Positions 40,649 through 52,452 of a DNA stretch of 64,000 nt are shown piece after piece; position 1 is the stretch's first letter, and every line of letters begins with the position of its first letter. The position numbers and the translations under genes were made by a program. The DNA is from Alphaproteobacteria bacterium (lineage in GTDB: Bacteria > Pseudomonadota > Alphaproteobacteria > UBA828). The stretch spans positions 1,024,001 to 1,088,000 of the forward strand of contig CBDCCI010000002.1 of assembly GCA_965214705.1 (NCBI GenBank), given 5' to 3'. The notes beneath the pieces were generated by a model, which did not search any database, was not told the DNA's origin, and saw only the letters and a program-made list of their open reading frames with translations.

Positions 40649-42086
40649 CCTGATCCCCGAGGCGCCGGCCGACGTGGAGATCACGGGGCTCGCTTCGGAT
40701 TCGCGCGACGTGCAGCCCGGCTACATGTTCGCGGCGCTGGCCGGCACTCAGGCCCACGGGGCCGATTTCATTCCCGATGCCGTGGGGCGCGGCGCAGCCG
40801 CCGTGTTGGCACCGGAAGGCACCGACCCGGCGCTCGCGCGAGGGGTCGCCCTGGTGACGGACCCCAACCCGCGTCTCCGGCTCGCGGTCGCGGCCGCACG
40901 CTTCCACGCCCCCCAGCCCGAGGTTGTGGTCTGCGTCACCGGCACCAACGGCAAGACCTCGGTAGCGGACTTCACCCGCCAGATCTGGCGGGCCTCGGGC
41001 CGCAAGGCTGCCTCCCTCGGCACCCTCGGCGTCTGCACGGAGGGCGAATGGCAGCCGCTCCGGCACACGACGCCGGACCCGATCGAGTTGCACCGCGTGC
41101 TCGCCGAGCTCGCGGAAGACGGCATCGACCATCTGGCACTGGAAGCATCCAGTCATGGGCTCGCACAGTACCGGCTGGATGGCGTCCGCGTCGCCGCGGC
41201 GGCGTTCACCAACGTCTCCCGCGACCACATGGACTACCACCCGGACGCCGACGCCTACTTCGCCGCCAAGGCGGGCCTCTTCGAGCGAGTCATGGCCGCG
41301 GACGGGACCGCCGTGCTCAACGCCGACGACGAGCGCGTGGCGGGACTCGCGGTGCGCTGCCGGGAGCGGGGCCAGAGGGTGCTCACCTTCGGCACCGGCG
41401 AGGCGGACATTCGGCTCCTGGCGCGGCACGACACCGAGGCGGGCCAACGGCTCAGCATCGCCGTCGCTGGCGCGGTGCACGAGGTCGCCCTGCCGCTCCC
41501 CGGTGCATTCCAGGCCATGAACGCGCTGGCCGCTCTCGGCCTCGCACTGGCGACCGGCGTGGACGCGGCGGACGCGATCCAGGCGCTCCACGGCATCGAT
41601 GGCGTGCCGGGCCGGCTTCAGCGGATCTCGGGCCATCCGGCCGGCGCAGCGGTCTTCGTGGATTATGCGCACACGCCGGACGCCCTGGCCGCTGCCTTGC
41701 AGGCTGTGCGTCCGCTCATCCCCGGCACGCTGGTCGTCGTTTTCGGCTGTGGCGGCGAGCGCGACATTGGCAAGCGGCGCGAGATGGGCGAGATCGCCGC
41801 GCGTCTCGCCGACCGGGTCGTCGTCACCGACGACAACCCCCGCCGCGAGGATCCGGCTTCGATCCGCCGGGCCATTCTCGACGCCTGCCCCGGCGCCGAG
41901 GAAATCGGCGACAGGGCGCTGGCCATCCGCACCGCCATCGAAGGGCTGGGCGCGGACGACGGCTTGCTCATCGCCGGCAAGGGGCATGAGCGGCAGCAGA
42001 TCGTGGGCGAGCGCGCAATCGCGTTCGACGATGTCGGCGTTGCTCGCTGCGCCGTGGCCGGGATCGCCGGCGGGCGGGCGGCATGA
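40635..42086 (+). CDS. murE: UDP-MurNAc-tripeptide synthetase
   Basis: TGTNGKT, EASSHGL, DYAHTPD, DDNPR and AGKGHE. Confidence 0.96.
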   Translation: MRLTSLIPEAPADVEITGLASDSRDVQPGYMFAALAGTQAHGADFIPDAVGRGAAAVLAPEGTDPALARGVALVTDPNPRLRLAVAAARFHAPQPEVVVCVTGTNGKTSVADFTRQIWRASGRKAASLGTLGVCTEGEWQPLRHTTPDPIELHRVLAELAEDGIDHLALEASSHGLAQYRLDGVRVAAAAFTNVSRDHMDYHPDADAYFAAKAGLFERVMAADGTAVLNADDERVAGLAVRCRERGQRVLTFGTGEADIRLLARHDTEAGQRLSIAVAGAVHEVALPLPGAFQAMNALAALGLALATGVDAADAIQALHGIDGVPGRLQRISGHPAGAAVFVDYAHTPDALAAALQAVRPLIPGTLVVVFGCGGERDIGKRREMGEIAARLADRVVVTDDNPRREDPASIRRAILDACPGAEEIGDRALAIRTAIEGLGADDGLLIAGKGHERQQIVGERAIAFDDVGVARCAVAGIAGGRAA

Positions 42087-43513
42087 GCCGGCCCCTCCAT
42101 GACGTCCCGCTGTGGACCTCGGCGGAGGCTGCCGCCGCCACCGGCGGGCAGGCGCCCGAGCCCTGGAGCGCGACCGGCGTCTCCATCGACAGCCGCAGCG
42201 TTGAGGCGGGCGACCTGTTCGTTGCCCTCGCCGGCCCCAACCATGACGGCCACGACTTCGTGCAGGCGGCGTTCGAGCGTGCGGCGGCGGCGGCGATGGT
42301 GAGCCGCCCGCCGGAGGCGCAGCCCGAGGGCGCGCCGCTGCTGCTGGTCGTGGATACCTACGACGGGCTCCGCACCCTGGCCGCCTGTGCGCGGGAGCGG
42401 AGCACGGCCCACGTCGTCGCGATCACCGGCAGCGTGGGCAAGACCGGGACCAAGGAGCTGCTGGCCGGCGCCCTCGCAGGCTGTGGCCCCACGCTCGCGA
42501 GCGCGGGCAATCTCAACAACCACATCGGCGCTCCCCTCAGCCTCGCCCGGCTGCCGCAGAGCGCCGCTTACGGCGTGTTCGAGCTGGGCATGAACCACGC
42601 GGGCGAGATCGCCCCGCTCTCGCGCCTGGTTCGTCCGCACACCGCACTGATCACCACCATCGCACCCGCCCATACCGAGGCGTTCCCCAGCCTCGATGCC
42701 GTCGCCGACGCCAAAGCCGAGATCTTCGAGGGCCTTGAGCCCGGCGGCACCGCCGTACTGAACCGGGACAACACTTATTTCGAGCGGTTGGCCACTGCGG
42801 CGTGCACCGCCGGTGCGGGAAGCATCGTGTCGTTCGGTGAGAGTGCCGATGCCGATGCGCGTCTCCTCGCCTGGCACCCCGCTGCCTCCGGCGGCACCGT
42901 GACCGCAGCGATTGACGGGGACGAGATCGACTACGAGATCGCCTTCTCCGGCCGGCACTGGGCGTTGAACAGCGTGGCGGTGCTGGCCTGCGTCCAGGCT
43001 GCCGGCGCGTCGGTGAAGCAAGCTGCCCTCTCATTGCGCACGGTCGCGCCCGTGGCGGGCCGGGGCGTGCGCCACTGTCTCCCGATTCAGGGCGGCGCCT
43101 ACGAGTTGATCGATGAGAGCTACAACGCAAGCCCGGCGGCCGTCTCCGCCGCGATCCGGACGCTCGCCGAAACAGCTCCGTCGGCCCCAGACGGGCGGCG
43201 GATTGCGGTCCTCGGTGACATGCTGGAGCTCGGTGATGAGGGGCCGCGCTGGCACGCCGAACTCGCCGACGACCTGGAAGCGGCGGGAATCGACCTCGTC
43301 TTCACCGCAGGCCCGTTGATGGCCCATCTCCACCGCGCCCTGGACGCCGCCCGCCGCGGCGCCCACGCGCCCGAGTCCGAGAGCCTGACCGACATCCTGC
43401 GCGCGGAAATTCACGCCGGCGACGTGGTGCTGGTCAAGGGCTCGCTCGGCAGTCGCATGGGGCCGATCGTGCGGCGTCTCGTCGCCGACACGCCGGCCGC
43501 TCGCCGGCCATGA
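42083..43513 (+). CDS. murF: UDP-MurNAc-pentapeptide synthetase
   Basis: TGSVGKT, ELGMNH.GEI, DESYNASP, LGDMLELG and LVKGS. Confidence 0.96.
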   Translation: MSRPLHDVPLWTSAEAAAATGGQAPEPWSATGVSIDSRSVEAGDLFVALAGPNHDGHDFVQAAFERAAAAAMVSRPPEAQPEGAPLLLVVDTYDGLRTLAACARERSTAHVVAITGSVGKTGTKELLAGALAGCGPTLASAGNLNNHIGAPLSLARLPQSAAYGVFELGMNHAGEIAPLSRLVRPHTALITTIAPAHTEAFPSLDAVADAKAEIFEGLEPGGTAVLNRDNTYFERLATAACTAGAGSIVSFGESADADARLLAWHPAASGGTVTAAIDGDEIDYEIAFSGRHWALNSVAVLACVQAAGASVKQAALSLRTVAPVAGRGVRHCLPIQGGAYELIDESYNASPAAVSAAIRTLAETAPSAPDGRRIAVLGDMLELGDEGPRWHAELADDLEAAGIDLVFTAGPLMAHLHRALDAARRGAHAPESESLTDILRAEIHAGDVVLVKGSLGSRMGPIVRRLVADTPAARRP

Positions 43514-43534
43514 CGGGGAAAGGCGCGCCGAGCG

Positions 43535-44620
43535 ATGTTCTTCAATCTTCTCTATCCGCTCTCGGACTCGATCGGCATCTTCAACGTTTTCCAATACCTG
43601 ACGTTCCGCACCGGCGCGGCGGTTCTCACCTCTTTGCTCATCAGCTTCGCCTTCGGTCCGCCGCTGATCCGCATGCTTCGGGCACGCCAGGAGCACGGGC
43701 AGCCGATCCGCAGCGACGGACCGGAGAGCCACGCGGCCAAGGCGGGGACGCCGACCATGGGCGGAGTGATCATTCTCCTCGCCGTTACGGTCTCGACACT
43801 GCTCTGGGCCGACATGACCAACCCGCTGATCTGGGTGCTGCTGGTGGTCACGATCGGCTTCGGCGCCATCGGCTTCACCGACGACGCGATGAAGCTGCTG
43901 AACCGCAGCCATCGCGGCCTGAACATGCGCATCAAGGTCGCGGCCGAGCTGGTGCTCGCGGTGGGGGCGGTCTTCTGGGTCACGATGATCCTGGAGGCAC
44001 CGCTGGATCACGGGCTCGCGCTGCCGTTCGTCAAGTCGGTCCTGCTCGACATCGGTTGGTTCACGGTGCCCTTCGCCGCCTTCGTGGTCATCGGCTCGTC
44101 CAATGCCGTCAACCTGACCGACGGCCTCGACGGCCTCGCGATCGTGCCGATCATGATTGCCGCCGCGTGCTTCGCGCTGATCGCCTACGTGGTGGGCAAC
44201 ACCGTGTTCACGGAATACCTCCAGGTCCACCACGTGCCCGGCACCGGCGAGCTTTCGGTCTTCTGTGGCGCCCTGGTCGGCGCGGGGCTGGGCTTCCTCT
44301 GGTTCAACGCGCCGCCGGCGATGGTCTTCATGGGCGACACCGGCTCGCTCTCTACCGGCGCGGCGCTCGGCATCATCGCAGTGATGACCAAGCACGAGAT
44401 CGTGCTTGCCATCGTGGGTGGCCTGTTCGTGCTCGAAGCGGTCTCGGTGATCGTGCAGGTCGCCTCGTTCAAGCTCCTGGGGCGGCGGGTCTTCGCGATG
44501 GCGCCGCTGCACCATCACTTCGAGCAGAAGGGGGTCGCGGAGCCCACCATCGTCATCCGCTTCTGGGTGATCGCCGTGATCCTCGCCCTGATCGGGCTCT
44601 CGACGCTGAAGCTGAGGTAA
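43535..44620 (+). CDS. mraY: Phospho-N-acetylmuramoyl-pentapeptide transferase
   Basis: [26 protein letters not shown] and MAPLHHHFE. Confidence 0.97.
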   Translation: MFFNLLYPLSDSIGIFNVFQYLTFRTGAAVLTSLLISFAFGPPLIRMLRARQEHGQPIRSDGPESHAAKAGTPTMGGVIILLAVTVSTLLWADMTNPLIWVLLVVTIGFGAIGFTDDAMKLLNRSHRGLNMRIKVAAELVLAVGAVFWVTMILEAPLDHGLALPFVKSVLLDIGWFTVPFAAFVVIGSSNAVNLTDGLDGLAIVPIMIAAACFALIAYVVGNTVFTEYLQVHHVPGTGELSVFCGALVGAGLGFLWFNAPPAMVFMGDTGSLSTGAALGIIAVMTKHEIVLAIVGGLFVLEAVSVIVQVASFKLLGRRVFAMAPLHHHFEQKGVAEPTIVIRFWVIAVILALIGLSTLKLR

Positions 44621-44624
44621 GCCT

Positions 44625-46004
44625 GTGATCCGGGTTCCCCTCTATCGCAATCGCGCGGTCGCCGTGCTCGGGCTCGCACGCTCCGGCCTCGCCGCGGCGC
44701 AAGCACTCAGTGCCGGTGGTGCCCGCGTGCTCTGCTGGGACGACGCGCCGGATGCGCGGGCGGCGGCGCGCGACCAGGGCTTCGAGGTCCGCCCCGCCGG
44801 GCCCGAGGACGGGATCGCAGCCCTGGTGCCGAGCCCCGGCGTACCGCATTCGCACCCGATGATCGCTGCCGCGCATGACGCCGGCGTCGAGGTTGTGGGC
44901 GATATCGAGCTCTTGTGGCGCGTGCTGCCGGAACCCCGCTACATCGCTGTCACCGGCACCAACGGCAAGTCGACGACCACGGCGCTGATCGGCCACCTGC
45001 TGCATGCGGCCGGGGCCCGCCACATCCGCGTCGGCGGCAATCTGGGGACGCCGGCGCTCGATCTGACGCCGGTACCGGGGGAGGGGACCATCGTCCTGGA
45101 GCTTTCCTCCTACCAGCTCGATCTCACCGTCGAGGCGACCTTCGACATCGCCGTGTTGCTCAATGTTGCCCCCGACCATCTCGACCGTCACGGGACCATG
45201 GCGGCCTACGTCGACGCGAAGCGCCAGGTCTTCCGTCCTGGCCGGCTCGGAACCGCCGTCGTCGGCATGGACGATCCGATTTCGCGCAGCATCGGCGACG
45301 CGCTCGTGGCGCGAGACCAGCTCCAGGTGGTGCCGGTGACCGTGGAAGGCCGGGCACGCGAGGGCGTTTCCGTCGTGGATGGCCTCCTTCACGAGGACGG
45401 CGAGCCGGTCTGCGACCTCACGCACGCGAGGGCGCTGCCCGGCAGGCACAACTGGCAGAACGCGGCAGCGGCCTACGCGGCGGCGCGCGCCTGCGGGCTC
45501 GCGCCCGAGAGTCTGGTGCCGGCGCTCCTCGATTTCCCCGGCTTGCCGCATCGCATGGAGAAGATCGGCAGCGTCAGCGGCATCCCGGTCATCAACGACA
45601 GCAAGGCCACCAACGCCGAAGCTGCGGCACGGGCCATCGCCTGCTTCGATAACGTCTACTGGATCGCCGGCGGGCGGCCCAAGGAGGGCGGGCTCGACGC
45701 CATCGCGCCCCTCTTCTCCCATATCGCCCATGCCTTCCTGATCGGCGAGGCGGAAGACGGCTTCGCCGCCACGCTCGAAGGCCGGCTGCCGGTGACCCGC
45801 TGCGGCACCCTTGACCGCGCGGTGGCGGCCGCCCTCGATGCCGCGTGCAGCAACGGGCGCACGGGCACCGTGGTGCTGTTCTCGCCCGCCTGTGCGTCGT
45901 TCGACCAGTTTCGCGATTTCGAGCAGCGCGGCGATCGGTTCCGGGCACTGGTTCCCGTCGAGCCGCCCGCCGCGTCGGAGGAGGCTGCGCCGTGGACCAG
46001 GTGA
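44625..46004 (+). CDS. murD: UDP-MurNAc-L-Ala:D-Glu ligase
   Basis: GLARSG, TGTNGKSTT, ELSSYQL, DHLDRH, NDSKATN and SPACASFDQF. Confidence 0.96.
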   Translation: MIRVPLYRNRAVAVLGLARSGLAAAQALSAGGARVLCWDDAPDARAAARDQGFEVRPAGPEDGIAALVPSPGVPHSHPMIAAAHDAGVEVVGDIELLWRVLPEPRYIAVTGTNGKSTTTALIGHLLHAAGARHIRVGGNLGTPALDLTPVPGEGTIVLELSSYQLDLTVEATFDIAVLLNVAPDHLDRHGTMAAYVDAKRQVFRPGRLGTAVVGMDDPISRSIGDALVARDQLQVVPVTVEGRAREGVSVVDGLLHEDGEPVCDLTHARALPGRHNWQNAAAAYAAARACGLAPESLVPALLDFPGLPHRMEKIGSVSGIPVINDSKATNAEAAARAIACFDNVYWIAGGRPKEGGLDAIAPLFSHIAHAFLIGEAEDGFAATLEGRLPVTRCGTLDRAVAAALDAACSNGRTGTVVLFSPACASFDQFRDFEQRGDRFRALVPVEPPAASEEAAPWTR

Positions 46005-47128
46005 CGCCCTTCTCCCGCACGGATACCAGCGTCGTCGGCCGCTGGTGGTGGACCGTCGATCGCTGGATGTTGACGGCCGTCCTGCTGCTCATGCTGCTTG
46101 GCGCGGCCCTGGCGCTGGCCTCGAGCCCCGCAGCGGCCGAGCGGATCGGCCTCGACCCGTTCCACTTCGCCCGGCAGCAACTGCTCTTCCTGCCGGTGGC
46201 GCTGGTCGTGATGATCGCCGTCTCGCTGCTCTCCCGCACCGGCATTCAGCGCATCGGCACCGCCGGCACCGTGCTCGGCATCGCCCTGCTCGCGCTCACC
46301 CTCATGGTCGGCGTGGAGTTGAACGGCGCGAGCCGCTGGCTGTCGCTCGGCGGCTTCCATCTGCAGCCGTCGGAGTTCGTGAAACCATGCCTCGCGGTGT
46401 TCCTGGCCGCGGTCCTGACGCGGCCGCGGGACGACAAGCTGCCCTACGGCATGCTTCTGGCTTCGCTGCCCGTGGTGGTCGCGGCGCTCCTCCTCGTCCT
46501 GCAGCCCGATATCGGGATGGCGGTGACGGTGGCCGCCGTCTGGTTCGTGCAGATGTTCGTGGTCGGCATGCCGCTCGTCCTTGCCGTGCTGGGCGGGGTG
46601 GCGACGGCAGGCGGTCTCGTGTTCGCCTATCACAACCTGACGCACGTCAAGGCGCGCATCGACCAGTTCATCGACCCCACGACCGGCGACACCTATCAGG
46701 TCGACACCTCGCTCCGCGCCTTCGAGGCCGGCGGGCTCTTCGGTCGGGGGCCCGGCGAGGGGGTCGTCAAGCACGTGCTGCCCGATGCCCACACCGACTT
46801 CATCTTCGCCGTTGCCGCCGAGGAATTCGGCGTCATCGCCTGCATCGTGATCATCGGGCTGTTCGGCTTCATCGTCGTCCGCGGCTTCGCCCGCGCCATG
46901 CGCGGGCGCGACCTGTTCGCGGTGGTCGCGGTCTCCGGCCTGCTCGCACAATTCGGCTTTCAGGCCCTGATCAATATGGGAGTCGCCATCAGGCTCCTGC
47001 CCGCCAAGGGGATGACCCTTCCATTCCTGAGCTACGGAGGCTCGTCGGCGATGGCGACGGCCATCGGCCTCGGGATGGTGCTCGCGCTGACCCGCGAGCG
47101 GTGGAGTGACGAAGGATATGCACGTTGA
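45992..47128 (+). CDS. ftsW: Peptidoglycan polymerase FtsW
   Basis: WWWTVDR, GASRW, QPSEF, LQPDIG, LPDAHTDF and PFLSYGGS. GTG start with GGAGG RBS. Confidence 0.96.
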   Translation: MDQVTPFSRTDTSVVGRWWWTVDRWMLTAVLLLMLLGAALALASSPAAAERIGLDPFHFARQQLLFLPVALVVMIAVSLLSRTGIQRIGTAGTVLGIALLALTLMVGVELNGASRWLSLGGFHLQPSEFVKPCLAVFLAAVLTRPRDDKLPYGMLLASLPVVVAALLLVLQPDIGMAVTVAAVWFVQMFVVGMPLVLAVLGGVATAGGLVFAYHNLTHVKARIDQFIDPTTGDTYQVDTSLRAFEAGGLFGRGPGEGVVKHVLPDAHTDFIFAVAAEEFGVIACIVIIGLFGFIVVRGFARAMRGRDLFAVVAVSGLLAQFGFQALINMGVAIRLLPAKGMTLPFLSYGGSSAMATAIGLGMVLALTRERWSDEGYAR

Positions 47129-48279
47129 GAACGCCTGCGCCCAACCCTCCCATTCTCCTCGCAGCAGGCGGAACTGGCGGCCACGTGTTCCCGGCGGAAG
47201 CTCTCGCGGTGGAACTGGAGGCACGTGGCCGTCGTCTTGTTCTCATGACGGATCGGAGGGGCGTCGCCTTCGGCGACGTTCTCGGGCGCATCGAACGCCA
47301 CGCCATCGCGGCCCGCAGCCCCAGCGTGCGCGGACCCCTGGCACGCGCCATCGCCATCCTCGGCCTCGCGCGAGCGGTCATGCAGGCGGCGCGCGTGCTG
47401 CGCCGGATTCGTCCGGCTGCCGCCGTGGGCTTCGGCGGCTACCCGTCGGTGCCGCCGCTGGTGGCGAGCGGGCGGCTCGGCATCCCCAGCGTGCTGCACG
47501 AGCAGAATGCGGTGCTGGGCAGGGCCAACCGGATGCTGGCGCGTCGCGCGTCGGCCATCGCCACCTCGTTTCCCGAGACCGCGCGCATCCCCCGCAACCG
47601 GGCTGCCCTCGTTACCCATGTGGGCAACCCGGTTCGCGCTGCCATCGCGGCGCTGCGCGGGGCGGACTACGACCCGCCCGCGCCGGGCGGGCCATTCCGG
47701 CTGCTGGTCACGGGCGGGAGTCAGGGTGCGCGCATCTTCGCCGAGGTGGTGCCGGCGGCCATCGCGGCGCTGCCACAGGCTTTGAGCGAGCGAATTGAGA
47801 TCAGCCAGCAGTGCCGTCCGGAGGACCTCACCGACGTCGAGCGCGCTTATGCCGAGGCAGGGGTGGAGGCGAGGCTTGCGCCCTTCTTCGACGATATCCC
47901 GGCGCGTCTCGGCGAATCCCACCTCGTGATCTGTCGGGCGGGAGCGTCGACCATCGCGGAGCTCGCGGCGGCGGGACGCCCGGCGATCCTGGTGCCGCTG
48001 CCCATCGCTGCCGACGACCATCAGAGCGCGAACGGCCGCGCCCTGGTCGCAGCCGGCGCGGCGACCATGGTCGCGCAAAAGGAATTCACGGCCGAGCGGC
48101 TGGCTCAGGAGCTCGAGACACTGATGGCGAAGCCCGCGCAGCTGGCGCAGCAGGCGGCCGCGGCGGCAAACTTTGCGCGGCCCGATGCGGCGGGCGCGCT
48201 GGCGGATCTCATCGAAGGACTGATCAACGGGTCACTCCCCGGGCACCCGGTGCCCGAACATGCGGGGGGCGCGGCATGA
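47125..48279 (+). CDS. murG: Undecaprenyl-PP-MurNAc-pentapeptide GlcNAc transferase
   Basis: [20 protein letters not shown] and RAGASTIAE. Confidence 0.96.
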   Translation: MRTPAPNPPILLAAGGTGGHVFPAEALAVELEARGRRLVLMTDRRGVAFGDVLGRIERHAIAARSPSVRGPLARAIAILGLARAVMQAARVLRRIRPAAAVGFGGYPSVPPLVASGRLGIPSVLHEQNAVLGRANRMLARRASAIATSFPETARIPRNRAALVTHVGNPVRAAIAALRGADYDPPAPGGPFRLLVTGGSQGARIFAEVVPAAIAALPQALSERIEISQQCRPEDLTDVERAYAEAGVEARLAPFFDDIPARLGESHLVICRAGASTIAELAAAGRPAILVPLPIAADDHQSANGRALVAAGAATMVAQKEFTAERLAQELETLMAKPAQLAQQAAAAANFARPDAAGALADLIEGLINGSLPGHPVPEHAGGAA

Positions 48280-49721
48280 AGGCGATGCCCTTCGCCATCG
48301 GCACGATTCATTTCGTCGGGATCGGCGGGATCGGCATGAGCGGCATCGCCGAGGTCATGCACAACCTCGGTTACCGCATCCAGGGCAGCGACATCGCCGA
48401 AAGCGCGACGGTGCGCCGCCTGCGCGGGTTGGGAATCCCGATCGCCCGCGGCCACGGCGCCGAAACCATCGGCGACGTAGCGGTGGTGGTCGTTTCCTCG
48501 GCCATCGGTGAGGACAACGTCGAGGTCGTGGCTGCGCGCGAACGCCACATCCCCGTCGTGCGCCGGGCCGAGATGCTGGCCGAACTGATGCGCCTCAAGT
48601 GGTCAGTGGCGGTTGCCGGCACCCACGGCAAGACCACCACGACCTCCATCATCGCGGCCATGCTCGATAGCGCCGGGTTCGACCCGACCGTCATCAACGG
48701 CGGCATCATCAACGCCTACGGCACCAACGCGCGGCTCGGCGAAGGCGAGTGGATGGTGGTCGAGGCCGATGAGTCCGACGGCAGCTTCGTCAAGCTTTCG
48801 GCCATCGCCGCGGTCATCACCAACATCGACCGCGAGCACATGGAGTTCTACGGCGACTTCGATGCCGTGCGCTGGGCCTACCAGTCCTTCGTGGAGAACA
48901 TCCCCTTCTACGGGGTCGCCGCGCTCTGCATCGACCATCCCGAGGTGCAGGCCCTGATCGGGCGCATCGAGGATCGGCGTACCGTGACGTACGGCATGAG
49001 CCCCCAGGCCGAGGTGCGGGCGGTCAACGTCGCGGGCGACCCGCTGGGCTCGAGCTTCGACGTTGTTATCTCCGGTTATGTCCACGAGCGCCACGGCACC
49101 ATGGAGGGCGTGCGGCTGCCGATGCTCGGCGCGCACAATGTGCAGAACGCGCTTGCGGCGATCGCCATCGGCCGCGAGATGGGCTTCTCCGACAACGTGA
49201 TCCGCCGTGCGCTCGCAGATTTCAAGGGCGTCGAGCGCCGTTTCACCAAGGTCGGCGTCGTCGGTGGGGTCACGGTGATCGATGACTACGGGCACCACCC
49301 GGTCGAGATCGCGGCCGTCCTCGGCGCCGCCCGCAGCGCTTACAGCCGACGGATCGTCGCCGTCGTGCAGCCCCATCGCTATACCCGCCTGCGCGACCTG
49401 TTCGAGGAATTCTGCTCCTGCTTCAACGACGCCGACACGGTGGTCGTCGCCGACGTTCATCCCGCCGGCGAGGAGCCTATCGAGGGGATTGACCGCGAGG
49501 CGCTGGTTGAGGGCCTGTGGCGCCACGGTCACCGCCATGTGCTGCCGCTGGAGACGCCTGACGCCCTGCCGGCACTGATCGACACTCTGGTGGAGCCCGG
49601 CGACCTCGTTGTCTGCCTGGGCGCCGGCAGCATCACCCACTGGGCGCGGGCGCTCCCCGAGGCTCTGGAAGAGCTACGGGGCGGCGCGCAGGCGGCGAGC
49701 CCGGCGGGGCAGACATCATGA
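48276..49721 (+). CDS. murC: UDP-MurNAc:L-Ala ligase
   Basis: [34 protein letters not shown] and QPHRY. Confidence 0.97.
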   Translation: MKAMPFAIGTIHFVGIGGIGMSGIAEVMHNLGYRIQGSDIAESATVRRLRGLGIPIARGHGAETIGDVAVVVVSSAIGEDNVEVVAARERHIPVVRRAEMLAELMRLKWSVAVAGTHGKTTTTSIIAAMLDSAGFDPTVINGGIINAYGTNARLGEGEWMVVEADESDGSFVKLSAIAAVITNIDREHMEFYGDFDAVRWAYQSFVENIPFYGVAALCIDHPEVQALIGRIEDRRTVTYGMSPQAEVRAVNVAGDPLGSSFDVVISGYVHERHGTMEGVRLPMLGAHNVQNALAAIAIGREMGFSDNVIRRALADFKGVERRFTKVGVVGGVTVIDDYGHHPVEIAAVLGAARSAYSRRIVAVVQPHRYTRLRDLFEEFCSCFNDADTVVVADVHPAGEEPIEGIDREALVEGLWRHGHRHVLPLETPDALPALIDTLVEPGDLVVCLGAGSITHWARALPEALEELRGGAQAASPAGQTS

Positions 49722-50680
49722 TCGCGCGCTCCAAGATGGCGGACTGGATCGAACGGCTGCCTGCGGTACGGGGTCGCTACGCCATCGACGTCGACCTCTC
49801 CCGCACCGTCTGGTTCCGCGCCGGCGGCCGCGCGGACGTGGTGTATCGACCGGCGGATATCGACGACCTGGCGCACTTCCTCGCAACCCGGCCCGCCGAG
49901 GTGCCGGTGACGGTGGTCGGCCTCGGCTCCAACGTGCTGGTGCGCGACGGCGGCGTGGAAGGCGTCGTCATCCGCCTGCGCCAAGGCTTTCGGGAAACGA
50001 CCGTGCGCTGGAAAGGCGCGCGCGCGCTGGTAGAGGTTGGCGCCGGCGCTCTCGACATGAACGTCGCCCGCTACTGCCGCGACCAGGGGGTGGACGGACT
50101 GGCCTTCCTGAGTGGCATCCCCGGAACCGTCGGCGGCGCGCTCCGCATGAATGCCGGCGCCTACGGGTGCGAGATGGCGGATGTCCTCGTCGAGGCGAAG
50201 GCGCTGGACGGTGACGGCGCCCTGCACGTGCTCACGCCGGATGCGATGGGCTTTTCCTACCGACACTCGGCGGTGCCGGAGGACTGGATCTTCGTCTCGG
50301 CGGTGCTGGCCGGGCTGCGCGGGGAGCCCGCCGCCATCGCCCGCCACATGGAAGAGATCAACGCCCAGCGCGAGGCGAGTCAGCCGATCCGCGCGCGCAC
50401 CGGCGGCAGCACCTTCACCAACCCCGCGGGGCATTCGGCCTGGGAACTGATCGACGAGGCCGGCTGCCGCGGGCTCACGCGCGGCGGTGCACAGATCTCG
50501 GAGCAGCACTGCAACTTCATCGTCAACGCCGGCGGCGCGACGGCCTCGGACATCGAGGGGCTGGGCGAGGAGGTCCGCCGCCGGGTCGAGGAGAAGACCG
50601 GCCTCTCGCTCCAGTGGGAAATCCGCAGGATCGGACGCCACGGCCGCTGGCCGCAGGACGGCGGGGAGAAGGCGGAATGA
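49718..50680 (+). CDS. murB: UDP-N-acetylenolpyruvoylglucosamine reductase
   Basis: [29 protein letters not shown] and HCNFIVN. Confidence 0.96.
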   Translation: MIARSKMADWIERLPAVRGRYAIDVDLSRTVWFRAGGRADVVYRPADIDDLAHFLATRPAEVPVTVVGLGSNVLVRDGGVEGVVIRLRQGFRETTVRWKGARALVEVGAGALDMNVARYCRDQGVDGLAFLSGIPGTVGGALRMNAGAYGCEMADVLVEAKALDGDGALHVLTPDAMGFSYRHSAVPEDWIFVSAVLAGLRGEPAAIARHMEEINAQREASQPIRARTGGSTFTNPAGHSAWELIDEAGCRGLTRGGAQISEQHCNFIVNAGGATASDIEGLGEEVRRRVEEKTGLSLQWEIRRIGRHGRWPQDGGEKAE

Positions 50681-51597
50681 GCGCCGCAGGCAAGCATGTC
50701 GCCGTGCTGATGGGCGGGTGGTCCGCCGAGCGCGAGGTGTCGCTGGTCTCCGGCGCCGCCGTGGAGCGTGCGCTTGCCGAGAGCGGCTATCGCGTCACCG
50801 GCGTCGACGTGACGCGCGATCTGCCGACGACGCTGGCGGAGGTCCAGCCGGACGTCGTGTTCAACGCCCTGCACGGCTCCATCGGCGAAGACGGCTGCGT
50901 CCAGGGTCTGCTCGAGGTCATGGGCCTGCCCTACACCCATTCGGGCGTGCTGGCTTCGGCCCTGGCGATGGACAAGCCCGCGGCGAAGCGGCTCTTCGCC
51001 GGTGCCGGGCTCACTTGCCCCGAGGGCCAGGTGATGTGCCGCGCCGATATCGCCGCCGGTGCCGCAGGCGAGCCCCCCTACGTGATCAAGCCCCTCGACC
51101 AGGGCTCCAGCGTGGGCGTCCACCTGGTCTTCAGCGGCGACAACGCGGCGCTCCCCAACGGCGACTGGTCCTATGGCGAGCAGGTGCTGGTTGAGCGCTA
51201 CATCCCCGGTCGCGAGATCCAGGTCGCAGTGATGGGAGAGCGCGCTTTGGGCGCCATCGAGATCAGGCCGAAGGGGCGCTTCTACGACTACGAAGCGAAA
51301 TACACCGAAGGCTATGCCGACCACCACATGCCAGCGCCCATTCACCCGGATGCCTACGCCGAGGCGCTGAAGATCGCGCTCACCGCCCACCGGGCGCTGG
51401 GCTGCCGCGGCGTGACCCGCGCCGACCTGCGCTACGACGACACGGCCGGCGAGCCGGGACAGTTCTATCTGCTGGAAATCAATACCCAGCCGGGCATGAC
51501 GCCGCTCTCGCTCGTGCCCGAGATCGCCGCCGACGTCGGCATCAGCTTCGAGGAGCTCGTCTGTTGGCTCGTGGAGAACGCCACATGCGACAGCTGA
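50677..51597 (+). CDS. ddl: D-alanine--D-alanine ligase
   Basis: GGWSAEREVSL, LHG..GEDG, YDYEAKY and EINTQPGMT. Confidence 0.96.
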   Translation: MSAAGKHVAVLMGGWSAEREVSLVSGAAVERALAESGYRVTGVDVTRDLPTTLAEVQPDVVFNALHGSIGEDGCVQGLLEVMGLPYTHSGVLASALAMDKPAAKRLFAGAGLTCPEGQVMCRADIAAGAAGEPPYVIKPLDQGSSVGVHLVFSGDNAALPNGDWSYGEQVLVERYIPGREIQVAVMGERALGAIEIRPKGRFYDYEAKYTEGYADHHMPAPIHPDAYAEALKIALTAHRALGCRGVTRADLRYDDTAGEPGQFYLLEINTQPGMTPLSLVPEIAADVGISFEELVCWLVENATCDS

Positions 51598-52430
51598 GCC
51601 TCTTCGGCACGCAAAGGCGCGATGCGCAGCCCGCGCCACGCCCGGTCGCGTCCCGCCTCGTCTCGCGGCGCGCGCTCAGGTGGGGGACGTGCGCTCTCGT
51701 GGGCGGCGTGGCGGTCGCTGCCGCGATCTGGGTCGTGCAGCCCGGTACGCTTGCAGCCGTGGGCGAGGACATCCGGGCTGGCTTCGTGTCGGCCACGGCA
51801 GGCGCGGGCATGACGGTGCAGCGAATCGATACGTCGGGGAGCGAGCGAACCCCGGCCGAGGCGATCCGCACGGCAACCGGCGTCGATATAGGCACGCCCA
51901 TCTTCGCGGTCGACCTCGCTTCCGCGCGCAGCCGGGTCGAGGCTATCGGCTGGGTCGAGAGCGCGACGGTCGAGCGGCGTCTGCCGTCCACGCTCCACGT
52001 GCACATCGTCGAGCGCAAACCAGTGGCGCTCTGGCAGCGCAACCAGCGGCTGGTCATGGTCGACCGCGCCGGAACGGAGATCGGTGCGGAGCCGATCGGC
52101 CGCTTCGCCCATCTGCCGATCGTGGTGGGCGATGGCGCGCTCCCGCACATGCCCGCGCTGCTCGACGCAATGGCAACCGATCCGGCTCTGTCGAGGCGGG
52201 TTCAGGCGGCCACCTGGATCGGTGGACGGCGCTGGACGATCCACTTCCACAACGGCCTCGAAGCCAAGCTGCCGGAGCGCGAAATCGGCGCGGCCTGGGC
52301 TCGGCTCGTCAGGGAGATCGGCGAACACCGCCTCCTCGACGAGCCGATTGCCGTGGTCGACCTGCGCCTCCCCGACCGGACCATCGTCCGCATCCGGCCG
52401 CCCGAGCCACCGGCCGACAACCGGACATGA
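51585..52430 (+). CDS. ftsQ: Cell division protein FtsQ
   Basis: TM plus POTRA domain (WVESATVERRLP), ERKPVALWQ and VDLRLPDR. Confidence 0.92.
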   Translation: MRQLSLFGTQRRDAQPAPRPVASRLVSRRALRWGTCALVGGVAVAAAIWVVQPGTLAAVGEDIRAGFVSATAGAGMTVQRIDTSGSERTPAEAIRTATGVDIGTPIFAVDLASARSRVEAIGWVESATVERRLPSTLHVHIVERKPVALWQRNQRLVMVDRAGTEIGAEPIGRFAHLPIVVGDGALPHMPALLDAMATDPALSRRVQAATWIGGRRWTIHFHNGLEAKLPEREIGAAWARLVREIGEHRLLDEPIAVVDLRLPDRTIVRIRPPEPPADNRT

Positions 52431-52452
52431 CGAGACAGGGAGCGAACGCAAC